DNA of 64,000 bases, from positions 248,682,001-248,746,000 of the forward strand of contig OZ024740.1 of assembly GCA_964016885.1 (NCBI GenBank), written 5' to 3'. The translations under genes were made by a program, and so were the position numbers. The stretch is from Eledone cirrhosa. Taxonomy: Eukaryota. Positions 37,201-49,195 of the stretch are shown piece by piece; the first letter of the stretch is position 1, and each line of letters opens with the position of its first letter. The notes beneath the pieces are model-generated. The model worked only from the letters and a program-made list of their open reading frames with translations, was not told the DNA's origin and made no database searches.

Positions 37201-37903
37201 AACTTTAACCCATCAGTGGTTGGCATCCTCTGGACTGAAATCGGAGACTGAAGGACTGATTATCTCCGCACAAGATCAGTGTCTGCCAACAAAAAATTAC
37301 CAAGCCAACATAATAAAAAATGGGTGCAGCCCATTATGCCGTGTATGCAAAAAACAACCAGAGACCATTGACCATATAATTTCAATGTGCAGTCCTATAG
37401 CTCCAACCGAATACCTAAACAGGCATGACAGAGCTGCACAATACATACATTGGATAATGTGTAAGCATTTTGACCTGCCCCATCAAAAGAATTGGTGGGA
37501 GCATCAACCACTTCCCATACTTGAAAAAGATCACATCTCAATCTTGTGGAACTTTAGCATCCAAACAGACCGAAAAATAGATGCAAATAGACCTGATATA
37601 ATATTGAAGGACTTTCAAAGGAGGGTATGCCTGCTAATTGATATGTCTGTTCCAATAGACAAGAATGTATCTATAAAAACATTTGAAAAATTGAGCAAGT
37701 ATAAGGACCTGGAGATAGAAATTGGAAAAATGTGGAAATTGAGAACTAAAACAATACCAGTGGTTGTAGGCGCTCTGGGAATGATACCTAAGGGGTCTAA
37801 CGACTACTTATCGCAAATCCCAGGAAACCCGCGTATAGGAGAAATACAAAAGATAGTACTAATGGGAACTGCCCATATACTAAGGAAGATCCTGTCAATA
37901 TAA
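34253..37903 (+). CDS. Intact R4/Dong RT-RLE polyprotein, 1216 aa
   Basis: Uninterrupted ORF: KWSREDNKEVLEAFY (Myb-like), KSPGKD, YRPITCL, DYKKAFD, GIFQGDSLSP, YMDDLKL, CRVCKKQPETIDHIISMC, RHD, RPDI..D..K. Confidence 0.93.
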   Translation: MSNDEISYRIGRHPGKKGPRPSERNQTGVEKSANGSNLPITSELETSHNRNTPTVGPPCSPPRNPKKKREKWSREDNKEVLEAFYTAMYYPSNTSNTEQTYINWKKKHPENRGYIDSNKLANIRRNIVRKKLLTDIEIDQIKLVAQSQRRENEARVSENEVNCNTSNPRVGAESLATEQIKERSEKMEGVHAQDETPNENNEIVNDKEMNENELANLKDEIMIEWMKMKETDMGERDTLPKIQNSKQNQKIIHKTNIILKNIIITNKINITDLNHLYYASAKVTTHLCGVKMKKQRNSHKKSTWQDNINRQINLLRSDIEILTNYKVGEHVKQTKLRKLKKKYSIRSTCDIDMLIETIKQKVSAKAARIRRFEKRSRFYKDNNMFKNNQRNFYRKIGKSTITAKSIPPKEEVQEFWEKIWAEEKVHNIHAPWIDRQMKETAHLEEQTWENITVEQLRLALRKTSKWKSPGKDKIQNFWINAFTESHELLAQLYNEIVKEPEKIPSWLVNGITFLLPKNDETNNPKNYRPITCLTTMYKILTSVLTEYTYDHLITNDLFPIEQKGCKRGSYGCKDQLLVNKMILEDCHNKHKNLSIAWIDYKKAFDSLPHSWIEKCLEIFKISPVVRRFLSFSMRTWRTTLLLNSETKSLEAGEVNINCGIFQGDSLSPLLFCIALIPLSKMLNETKHGYRVYDKTINHLFYMDDLKLFAKNDEQLQGLLSTVKQFSDDIKMEFGLDKCAKATFTRGKLLKSSDINLDRGNVIRELDQEQTYKYLGVCEGDGIKHSTMRERIRKECYRRVRAILRTELNARNRIDAINTLAIPVVTYSYNVINWSSTEIRRLDTKIRKFLTMHRMHHPKADIDRIYLPRKEGGRGLIQLDIALKTATIGLSTYLRESHDWMIKLVLKHESTKRSYSITKDAQRYSNGLQISEVPFTAEMENTEKAKQVKVTAKKELLQKLAKKWQEKPLYGKYPERANNPDVDKTLTHQWLASSGLKSETEGLIISAQDQCLPTKNYQANIIKNGCSPLCRVCKKQPETIDHIISMCSPIAPTEYLNRHDRAAQYIHWIMCKHFDLPHQKNWWEHQPLPILEKDHISILWNFSIQTDRKIDANRPDIILKDFQRRVCLLIDMSVPIDKNVSIKTFEKLSKYKDLEIEIGKMWKLRTKTIPVVVGALGMIPKGSNDYLSQIPGNPRIGEIQKIVLMGTAHILRKILSI

Positions 37904-38060
37904 GTACATCACAAGTCTAAACACTAAGGATGCATGTGTGAATATGTGTGTTCTTTCTTGAACATGGCGGACCTTGTTGTCTCTTGAGGTCACTGGTTGT
38001 GACTTGGTGATAACTCGTATAAACATAAAGCAAGATAAATGCAAATAATAATAATAATAA

Positions 38061-41000
38061 GGGGAAGAAGACGCACGAGGTGACGGAGGTCATGAAATCG
38101 CTCCCGTAAGTTTTGAATTTTTAACATATTTAAATCATTTGTGAAATAACAACTCTTAGTACAAATGCTACGTAAAGCATCCGGCTACAGCCCCAAAAAT
38201 ATTCGGACCCAAAATATATTGTTATAAGGCTCAAATATTCAAATATTCAACTTTGTATTGTACACTGTATATCCAAAAAAAAATGGCTATAAATGGAAGA
38301 AGAAGAACCCCCCCCCCCCTCCTCTCCTCTGGCTACACTATATAGGACAGCTAAACTCACCAACACCAGAAACTAGATACACCACCCACCCCATCATCTG
38401 TGTACACTAAACACAACAGCATTTTCACCTTCACCGCCACCGCTCACTACGGCCATCATTACCACCACTATCCCATCACCGCCGCCACCACCCCTTGACT
38501 CCTTCACTGCTGCTGCCACCGCTACAGCACCATCACTACAGTAATACGGCTCAAATATTCAAATATTCAACTTTGTATTGTACACTGTATATCCAAAAAA
38601 AAAATAAAATGGCTATAAATGGAAGAAGAAGAACCCCCCCCCCTCCTCTCCTCTGGCTACACTATATAGGACAGCGAAACTCACCAACACCAGAAACTAG
38701 ATACACCACCCACCCCATCATCTGTGTACACTAAACACAACAGCATTTTCACCTTCACCGCCACCGCTCACTACGGCCATCATTACCACCACTATCCCAT
38801 CACCGCCGCCACCACCCCCTGACTCCTTCACTGCTGCTGCCACCGCTACAGCACCATCACTACAGTAATACGGTCGCATCACCACCACCACTGCCTCGGT
38901 ATCGACATCACCACCACCACTGTCTCAGTATCGCCAACGCCGCCAGTCTCTGCTGGCTACCACTTCCACATTATAGAATCCCTACTACTAACAAAGAGGA
39001 AGGCATCAAAATATATAGATAGACTCAAAAGAAAAAAGAAAAAACAAACAACAAAAGCAGCACAGCAACAACAGTAAAAAACGAGAAAAACAGAGAAAAA
39101 CAAAAACAAAAAAAGAAACCCCAAAAACGTAAAGAAAATAAGAATGAAGAGAGAAGCAGGCGGACGGACAGAGAAGAGGGGGGAAAAAGTAAAACTTAAA
39201 AAACAAAAACTAAGTCAGACATTCGAATACTACATTACAATGAAACTTATGCTTATTCATTTTTGGGGCCCTTTCTGCCCGTGTGTTTGTTTGTTTATGT
39301 GTGTCCGTATACAGCGTGGTGATAATGCCACACAAGGGCCAAGTGGGATGGCGGATCCACAGATGGATATGTAAACATACATTCGCCAATCCTCGATAAG
39401 AGTGTTTAAATATCGAACATAAACAGTTCGAATAACGGTGAAATGGAGACTAGAACGTCATGTGACAGACTCTCACCCAACAGGTGCCCCCTGGCTCAGC
39501 AGCAGGAACCTGACTGTCAACCAAATACTGCTGATGTTGGAGGAAGAAGAAGAAGGAAAGGGGCCAGAACCAACTGGACGAAAGAATTGAATAGAACTGT
39601 TATGCAATGCTACCTGAAAAGTAACCCCAAGGAGAGGGGCTACAGGAGACGGATGCATAACATCTGGAACGAGATTGGTTTATTTAAATTAGATGAACAA
39701 AAATTGGCCGGGCAGGCTCGGGTAATAAGAACTAATGGGTGGATAAGCGAGCTGGAACTGGAGGAACTGAGCAGAGAGAATGGCTTGGAGATGGCGGGTG
39801 TAGTATGCCAGACAAGCGAGCCGGCGGGAAATGAAGGTGAGGAGGTCCTGAGAACGGAGGAACCACCCGAAGCAGACAATGATCTGAATACTGAGATAAA
39901 TAATACCTGGAACAGAGATACGGCCACTGAGGAGATGAATGCTGACGGGCTAGGACAAGATTCGGTTGACATCCTAAATTTAGTGGTAGATGAGTTGAAC
40001 AATGATAGTGGGAGACCTATGAACCTAAGATTTGTAGACAGGAAAAAGTTAAAAGAAACAACAGCTAAGGTAAACAAAGTCATCCCATACCTTGAGGCGA
40101 GGAGTCTTCACCAGTGCAACAATATCCTCAAAGCAACAGCAAATACGGTGAGGAAACTACTTGGTATAAAAGCGAGAGGAAACAACAGACAAGAAAGAGC
40201 AGAGCCGTGGTGGAGGAAGCGACTGAGTGGGCAAATCGGGGAAATGAGAAATGACATAGGAAAGCTTGAGTCACTACTGAATGGGACACTAAAAAACATA
40301 GGCACTAAAAATAGACTGGAAATAAAATACAAAACTAGGAGTAAAAAGCTAAATATTATCATAGAGGAATTGAAGCAACGCATTGTAGCAAAGAGTGCCA
40401 AAATCAGGCGATACGAGAACAGTCAGTCAGTATAAACAGAACCGCATGTTCGACAACAACCAGAAGATGCTGTTTGGACAGCTTGAGGGGAAAGAAAGAG
40501 GCAACGACTTGATCCCTGGGGCGGAACAAGCTAAAACATTCTGGAGAGGAATATGGGAGCAGGATGTTAGACACAATGCCCAGGCAGGGTGGATTGAGAC
40601 AGTACAGAGGGAGATCGGTGAGCAGGCACAGCAACAGACTGATTTGAGTATCACAGTTGAAACTCTTAAGGGGCAAGCCAAAAAAGTAACCAACTGGAAA
40701 TCACCAGGCCCAGGTGGTGTGCAGGGGTATTGGATTAAACATTTAACATCCCTCCACCCGAAGCTGACGGCCATGTTCAATGACTGCTTGGTGTCGGGTG
40801 AGGTGCCAGAGTGGTTGACAAAAGGTACCACAGTTCTGATAATGAAAGACCGAATCAAGGGTAATGATGTTACCAACTATAGACCTATCACATGTCTGCC
40901 CGTAATGTGGAAACTGTTGACGAGCATTGTGTCTGAGGAAATCTACCATCACCTCCACACAAACAACTTGTTGCCGGACGAACAGAAAGGATGCCGAAAG

Positions 41001-42907
41001 AAGTCACGTGGTACAAAGGACCAGTTGCTTATTGATAAGATGGTAATGGGGAATTGCAGGAGGAGACACACTGATCTTGCCATGGGATGGATAGACTACA
41101 GAAAGGCATTTGACATGGTGCCTCATTCCTGGATCACCAAAAGCCTGGAGATCTTCAGGGTGGCAGATAACATCAGACAGTTGCTGGGCAGGAGTATGGG
41201 GTCCTGGGAGACAGAGTTGACATCAACTGGAGTATCCTTGGGAAGAGTGAAGATCAAGAGAGGTATCTTCCAGGGAGATAGCCTGTCCCCTCTGTTGTTT
41301 GTCCTTGCCCTGATGCCCTTGACCATTATGCTGCGAAAAGTGAGAGCAGGATACAAGTTGGGAAGGGGAGAGCTTACCATCAATCACCTCCTCTTCATGG
41401 ACGATCTTAAGCTCTTCGGGAAAAGTGAGAAGGAGTTGGATGTGCTTGTTGACACTGTCCGTATTTTCAGCAGTGATATATGTATGCAGTTTGGTATTGG
41501 TAAATGTGGAGTCATTGTGATGAGGAGGGGTAGGTTGAGCAGAAGTAACGGGATCCAGATACCAACAGGTGAGATGATAAAGGAAATTGACTCTGAGGAA
41601 GGATACAAGTATTTGGGCGTTCTGGAGGCTGATGGCATAAAGAACAAAAAAATGAAGGAATTGTTAAGAACTGAATACATTCGGAGAGTAAGGAGCGTAT
41701 TGAAGTCACATCTGAACAGCAGAAATGCCATACGCGCAGTAAATTCCCGAGCTGTGTCTATTATTAGGTACAGTGCGGGAATCCTGAGATGGAATGTTGC
41801 TGAACAAAAAGAAATGGATAGGAAGACTAGGAAGCTATTGACTATCTACAACATGTTCCACAAGAGGAGTGATGTCGATAGACTCTACCTAAGGAGATCT
41901 GAGGGTGGAAGAGGTCTTATCAACATAGAGGACTGTGTTCAGATGGAGAAAAACAACCTATACAAATACGTGACCTATAGTAAGGAGCCAATGCTCAGAG
42001 CTGTACTGAAGGAGGGGACAGTAGGCCAGGGGATACCCAAGGAGGAAATAACATCAAGGAGGAAGAGCAGCCTTAAGGGAAAATCCCTTCATAGTACCTT
42101 CTTTGAGAAAACTGAATTTAGAGATCCACAGACATGGAACTGGTTGAGAAGAGGAGACCTCAAAAAGGCTACAGAAGGAATGCTAATGGCTGCGCAGGAG
42201 CAGGCCCTCAAAACGAAGTGGTTGAAGCACCATATCTACAAGGAGGAGGCTAGCCCACTGTGCAGGATCTGTGGAGAGAGAGAGGAGACTGTGGCTCACA
42301 TTGTGTCCGAGTGTAAACACCTAGCCCAGACCCACTATAAGGGCTGGAGACACGATGTGATGGGCAGGGTGATCCACTGGCACCTGTGCAAAGTAAACAA
42401 TTTACCACATTCTGAGAAATGGTATGAGCATAGGCCAGAGGCGGTGATGGAGAACAGTCAGGTGAAGGTGCTGTGGGATTTTAGGATACAGACGGACAAA
42501 AAACTGGAACACAATAGACCTGACCTGGTGGTTGTGGACAAAGAAAAAAGATCGTGCCTGATTGTGGATGTGGCCTGCCCGTTCGACACGAGAGTGCAAG
42601 AGAAGGAGAGGGAGAAAATTAACCGATACCAGGACCTAAAGTGGGAGGTGAAAAGGATTTGGAACTGCCATGAAGTCAAAGTGATCCCGATTGTCATAGG
42701 CGCACTGGGGACTATCTCCAAAGGTTTCCAGGGATGGTTAAAGAAAATCGGCCCCTTCACGCTTTTTGTAACGCTTCAAAAGGCATGCTTGCTTGGAACG
42801 GCAAGAACCCTCCGATACGTCCTGAATATCTGAGGCTGCAGGTAGTGGCTTGATATTCAATCCAACGGACTTTCCAGTTAACCAACATCAATGACTGAGA
42901 TTCAAGG
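38061..42907 (+). mobile_element. R4/Dong family A copy 4, full length; ORF 39443-42833 with one frameshift near 40420
   Basis: Leader starts GGGGAAGAAGACGCAC; ORFs 39443-40435 and 40395-42833 together give the complete protein. Confidence 0.92.
38228..38873 (+). repeat. ~320-bp tandem duplication within the A4 leader
   Basis: GGCTCAAATATTCAAATATTC...CAGTAATACGG starts at 38228 and again at 38548. Confidence 0.9.
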
Positions 42908-42919
42908 AATAACAATAAC

Positions 42920-42958
<39 letters not shown>

Positions 42959-42960
<2 letters not shown>

Positions 42961-45900
42961 TTTCTTTATTAACCACAAGGGTTTACATAAAGTAGACATT
43001 AAGGACAGTGCAGGACAATGCAGGACGGTACAAATGGGCATTTCTGCGTGTAAAAAACAAAAACAGAGGATGTAACAAAAATAACAATGAAAATAACAAT
43101 GAAAAATTCCCCAATAGGGGGGAGACTTCGGAGGGACATTTGTGGAGAAAGCCCAGTAAAAAGCCACAATGACCCTGACCACCAAGGCAAGTGCCCTCTC
43201 CCAGTTTTCCACCTTTAATTTACAGATATATACTCAGAGTAGGCCCATTCACTCGGGCCATTCTTGCTTCTCTCACCCATCTTTCAACAAAATGCTGGGA
43301 AGAGAGCACTTCCCTCTCTACTCTGATTTTCCTTTTCAAATGAAATTTGAAAAAGTCAATCAGAGCATCACCGAAGAGGTAAGTGCTCGTCTTCAGCCCT
43401 TTCAAACGTGTCCACCATACTATCTCTTTCGCCATGGCCACCAGACAGATAAAAACTGCCTGCCCTTCCCGGCTAAAGGAGGAGGGCGGGGCAATCCTCA
43501 CGATGGACTCAGATGATAGCCGGATCCGTCCTAAACGCGACAGCAGGTGTTCGACATAAACCCACAAGTCAGCAATTTTCGGACACTGGACGAGTGCGTG
43601 CAGGTCGGTTTCGTCGCCCTGCGCGCATCTCGGACATGCCCGGCTGACGGCACCTCCATGCCTGTAGAGTTTATCCCGAACTGGCAAGGCTCCTCGGTAG
43701 CACTGCCAGGCCAGAGATTTCTGGAAGTTGTCCATAGGCCCTGGCCCGAAAGTTCTTCCGAAGAGATTGGCTAGTTGATTTTCGTCGACGCCTAGAGTTT
43801 CCCCAAGTACGTCGTCGCTCTTCCCCTCCACTAATCCTCTATAGAACGCCGAGGTGGAGTTTCCACCGATCACATTGCCCGATTGGTCGAGGGCTGTGAG
43901 CGCCTGAAGACATTCCAGTCTCCAGGCGCTCCCTCTCGGTCTTCGCTTGACCCAGGACTGCAGCTCCGTCAAGGAAACGAGCTGGGGAAACACGCGCCTA
44001 GCAAACGGCGACCACACCTGATCACCGTCGAGGAAGAGGTGGAGATGTCGTAGCCTGAGCGCGTGCCTGCGCATCATCAGCCACGGCATGCCCATCCCTC
44101 CACGTAGCGGGTGTTGACAACAGATGGACCGCCTGACCATCGGAGCACGTCCCTTCCACAAAAAGCGAAAGAGCAAACGCTCCAGCGCAGTCAGGCGAGG
44201 CTTAGGACAAGGTACGACGGTCAGGCGGTAGCAGATGACAGACGCGATGTACGCGTTAGCCACCTCCGCTCGACCTTTCAGGGATAGCTTCCTCTCCGCC
44301 CATTTCTGGGTGAGAGAAGCCACCCTGCTCGTCACCTCGTCCCAGTTTTTGTCCGTCTGGAGGTCCGGACCGAACCAGACCCCTAGCAATTTAACCGGTC
44401 CGTCCGTCCAGCGTCCGACGACGCTGTTGGACGGCATGGACCTGCCTCTCCAGGTGCCGAGCTGCAGGCCCACTAACTTTTCCTGGTTGATCATTGCTCC
44501 TGTCACCGCTTCGTATTCTCTTAGTGTAGTGCCGATCGCCTCGATGTGTTTGGCGTTCGACACCACTACGGTGACATCGTCCGCATATGCTGACACGGAT
44601 CTTCCGCATCCTAGTTCGCGCGGGACGCCCCTCAACGTCTCCAGTTTGTGCAGTAATGGCTCGAGAGTCAATACGTACAAGAGGGACGAGAGGGGACATC
44701 CTTGGCGGACCGAGCGCATGATGTTGAACGGTTCCGACAGGTGACCGTTCACTCTCACCACAGAGCAGATGTCGTTGTGCATGGCAGCGATCCAGCCTCT
44801 GAAGACGGGCCCAAAGCCAGCCGCCCTCAGGACTGCCGCTAGGTAACGATGGTCGACCCTATCGAAAGCTTTCGACTGATCTAAATTGATCAAGGACCCA
44901 CCCGTGCCAGGTTCCTTAGCTACCCTCTCTACGATGTATCGCATGAGGTGGAGGTTGTCGTGGATGGATCTGTCGGGAATGGCGCATGTCTGCGCCTCTC
45001 CCACCAGACCACCAACGACAAGCGCCAACCTCTTTGCTAGCACCTTGGCCAAAATCTTGAACTCTGTGTTTAGCAGAGTTATGGGCCGGAAATTATCTAT
45101 GTTATCCCCCTTGTTCGGATCCTTTCTCAGCAGTGCCACCGCTCCTCGGCTCACAGAACTGGGAATTCTCCCGTTCTGTTGCCAGTTGCAGTAGACGTCC
45201 GCCAAGAGGCCTCCGAACAAGTCTGGCATCTGTACATAAAGTTCATAGGGCAGACCATCCAAACCAGGCGATTTACCCCTTGTGCAGCCTGTCATTGCCT
45301 CCCCTACTTCAGCGGCTGTTATCGGCTTTTCGCAACACCTCGCCTCAGTGGCCGAGAGCCGCGGCAGTCCGTCGAGGTAGACACTAAAGTCCATCCCTCG
45401 ACCCGGCCCACCGCTGCCCCCGAACAACTGAGCGAAGTGTCGCTGAAAAGCTTCACACATTTTCCCGGGATCGAGTAGCATGCGCCCGTCGTGGTCCACC
45501 AAAGACCGGATCGTGGCTTTGTTGCCACGATGCGCCTCCGCCACTCGGGCCCATTGAACGGCTTTCGTCCCCTCGTGTCTGAGAGCACGCACCCTTGCTC
45601 TTACAACGCAGCCTTCGTGCTTTGCATTGAAGAATTGGTCAAGGGCCAATTTCGCCGCAAGCACGTCGGTCGCAATGCCTTTGCTAAGCGCCTCGTCTAA
45701 TTTTCTAACTAGTTCTCCCTCTGCTCTATTTTTCTCTATTGCTAAAGCCTTACTAAACCTAATGGATTCTATTCTAATCGCTCTTTTCAGAGCAAACCAC
45801 CACTTGTTGTTGACGATGGCCCCCGTCAACGCCCGCTTAACTAGTTCGCTAATCCGGTCTCTGTAGGCCTTGCGCGCTGGTAAGGACGCGTTTAGCTTCC

Positions 45901-48900
45901 ACTAGCCGGGTCCTCGTCTATGAAGACTATCTAAGTCAAGCACACAGATCACGAATTTGTGGTCCGTGTAGCTGACTATCTTGAATTGTGGACAGCCTAT
46001 GCTAGACCTATCTATTTCCCTACAAAATACTCTATTTAGATATGATCTGGATGACCCTATACGATTTGTCCAAGTCCACATTGGCGCATTCGGGAAATCC
46101 AATCGGTACCTGTCAGACAGTTCAAAGCGCCTGAGCAGGTTGGTGAGGCTCTTGCACCCTCCACCCCTATCCGCTAATCCCACACAGTCCCAGCGTGCAT
46201 CTAAGATCCCGTTCCAGTCGCCCACTAACACTAAAGAGCGGGACGTTCCAAGAAAGGTCTCCAGACGCCGGAAGAAATCAGGCCGCCCTGCTCCTCTCGG
46301 GGCATAGACGGCCACTAGCCTGAAAGCTTGCCCGTCTCCGCTGGTCACGTCCAGCACCACCAGCTTACCCTCTGGGTCCAGGAAGATGGCCCGTATGGCA
46401 AGATCCAAACCTCTCCGAAAAAGCACAGCAACTCCTCCCCCCGATCCAGGACGGCTGGGAGATGCGTACACATCGTAGCCGCCGAAGATCGGTGCGAAGG
46501 CGCGTGCTTCGGAGATTCTGGTCTCGCTGATGGCCACTACATCTATGTTTAGTGACCTGAGGTCGTTGAGCAGGTGACCCTGCTTCCATGACGACCCCAA
46601 GCCACGTGCATTTATGCTGCCTATTCTGAGTGAGGTCATGTTTAAAATAGAGTGGAAAAGATGGGAAAGACCACTTACCGTACTTTTGGTAGAGGAGGGA
46701 TGGTTTTTACATCCCTTTTCACTTGATCGTCCCTTCGGCTGGTCGTCGGCTCTTCTAAGAGAATGTCTGAATATACTCTTCGATTGATAGTTCCTCCTAG
46801 GTCCCTGAAATCAACAACTGCGTTGGGGAATTTCGTTTTAATGTTTGTGTATTGTTTCTGTGCTATTTTTACCAGTCTTATGTTAGTTGGCGTTTTGATT
46901 GGTGCTGGTATTATGTAGTCGTGTTGTGAAATGTCTGTGTGTTCAATTATGTAAGTCATTAGTTTCTTGTTGTGTGTATTTATTGCCGTGCATTTGTTTT
47001 TCTGGGGGTGGGGTGTGGTTCTGCTATTTTCTTGTCGTTGTTGCTGGGTGTGTGTGTTTTGTTGTTGTGTTTGCGATGTTGGTGCTTGTGGTGGTGGTGT
47101 TGAAGGTGTTGTTGGCGGTGGGGTTGTCGCCGGTGGTGATGGTGGTGCTAGTGTGGGTGGTGATGGTGTTGGTGGTGTTGCTGCTGTGGGTCTCTTTGCA
47201 GTAGATTTTACCCTTTTCTCATATCTTTCCTCCCTTTTCAAAGGCGACGATGCGCTGCTTCTGCGTTTGTGCCTTCTTACGACCTTTTGCCATCTCTCTC
47301 CCACCTCACACTCCATGTCTGATTCTGTGAGGTCGGGGAGGGGTACCAGCTCCACTCTTTCACTTGTTGTTGTTGGTGATGTTTGCACTGGAGTCTCTGT
47401 TGCAGCTGCATTTGGTATTGCTGTTGTTGTTGTTAATATTTCCACTGCTGCTGCTGTTTTTAATTTCCGTGGCGTGGGTATGGGTGCCACGGACCTATCG
47501 TTCCTGGTTGCCGCTTGTCCTGTTGCTGGTAGCAGTGGAGCCGGTTTCGGAAGGAGGGGGGGGGGTTCTCCTTTCTCAGGGTCTTCTCGTTGCAGAAGGC
47601 CCTGAGGTGAGTCTTCGATCCACAGCGAAAGCATTTCGGGCGTTTTCCTTCAACACTTATGGGCAGTTGAGTGCCGTTATCGAAGTCTATCACATCCGGG
47701 ATAGCTTCGATGCACTCCTGGTTGGTTTGGATTAGCATCTCAATGGAGGTACCGACCCAATCTTCTCTTACTTTTTTCTGTACTTGCAGTACAGTTGTTT
47801 TGTCCTCGATTCCGACGAGGACAGACGCGGCCAGCCAAGAAGGGGCCATCCCGGGGGGGACGTGGGTCAGTTTGACCCTCACAATTTTTTGCCCGCAGTA
47901 GGAGGGCACCAACACCATTTCCTCGCTCCTTAGGGTCACTACGGATTGGGCCTTTGCCTCCTGGGGTGTGGCAAAAAGTACGTCTACGGTGGCATATTTT
48001 TTTCCTCGGGTGATGTGCGTTTTCCGCTGCCACACAGACCCCAAGGCTTTTTGTATTTGAGCCTCTGTGGCTCTTTCCACCCTACGGGATTTTGTACTTA
48101 CTGTACGGTACGTGACCGTACAGTGCTGTTGGGTTTCTAAAAAATTTTCCGCTGCCTTGCAGATTGCTCGGTGTCCAGTCTTTGTCACCATCTTCTTCGC
48201 TTCCTCTAATTCCTCATTTGTTATGAGGATTGTTTCCAAGTTTTTCGCAATACCTGCAAATGAGATTGGTTTTTCTTTGCTGCTGTTGTTGTTGTTGTCG
48301 TCAGAGCTGCTGTTACTTTTGTTGTTGCTGCAGGTACTACGACTACTGCCTCCGCCGCTGTTGCTGTGGTTGTTGTTGGTGTTGCTGCTGCTAATGCTGT
48401 TGTTGTTTATGCTGCTGGTGATGCTGTTGCGGCTGCTACTGTTGTTTTCATTGTCACTGTTGCTGTTGTTATTACGGCTGCTACTGCTATTATTCCTGAC
48501 GTCAGACGAATGAACTGAGTTTTCGTATTTCCCGCACACCTGTTTCGTCGCTGTCGTCGTCGTCGTGGAGAAACCTTGCACGCTTTGCACGAGACTTTTC
48601 TTTTCTTTCGTCGCTTGCGAAAGAGAAGGGAGGGAGAGAGACACATTTAAAGAAGGGAGGGAGAGAGACAATCTTCTCTCTGCTGTAGTGACGATTGAGG
48701 AAAAAGAAGACGGAATGAGTGGGAGTGACCTATGCAAATTCTTTTTCGTAGCCATGTTGTTTTTTTGTTAAAAATAAATATTGGGTACAAAACCCCAATA
48801 AGCAGTTATTTAACCCCGAAGGGCCAAATAACGGGCAGAAAGACCCCTCTCACGAGGAGGAGGGTGTTTTTGTCTACAAGTTGGTCTAAGTTTTAAACAA

Positions 48901-48970
48901 TTTACAATTGTTAAAGCGTTCAAAATTTACAGTACCTTACAGAGCCGAGCCTCCGTCAACCATAGCATTC
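42959..48970 (-). mobile_element. L1/Tx1 family L1-b, apparently full length, inserted in (ATT)n
   Basis: 5' UTR, ORF1 48755-46675 (CCHC, one frameshift), ORF2 46639-43220 (APE, RT, CCHC; premature stop near 45902), 3' end AATAAAGAAATC; (AAT)n on both sides. Confidence 0.93.
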
Positions 48971-48997
48971 AATAATAATAATAATAATAATAATAAT

Positions 48998-49195
48998 AGA
49001 AACTGGAACACAATAGACCTGACCTGGTGGTTGTGGACAAAGAAAAAAGATCGTGTCTGATTGCGGATGTGGCCTGCCCATTCGACACGAGAGTGCAAGA
49101 GAAGGAGAGGGAGAAAATTAACCGATACCAGAACTTAAAGTGGGAGGTAAAAAGGATTTGGAACTGCCATGAAGTCAAAATGATCCCGATTGTCA
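48998..49195 (+). mobile_element. R4/Dong family A RLE fragment (copy 5)
   Basis: KLEHNRPDLVVVDKEK...KMIPIV, fused directly to the middle of a leader. Confidence 0.88.

Larger units (their letters stand above)
33043..38043 (+). mobile_element. R4/Dong family B copy 2, near full length
   Basis: Leader lacking its first ~50 nt, intact ORF, 3' UTR, flanked by (AAT)n. Confidence 0.92.
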
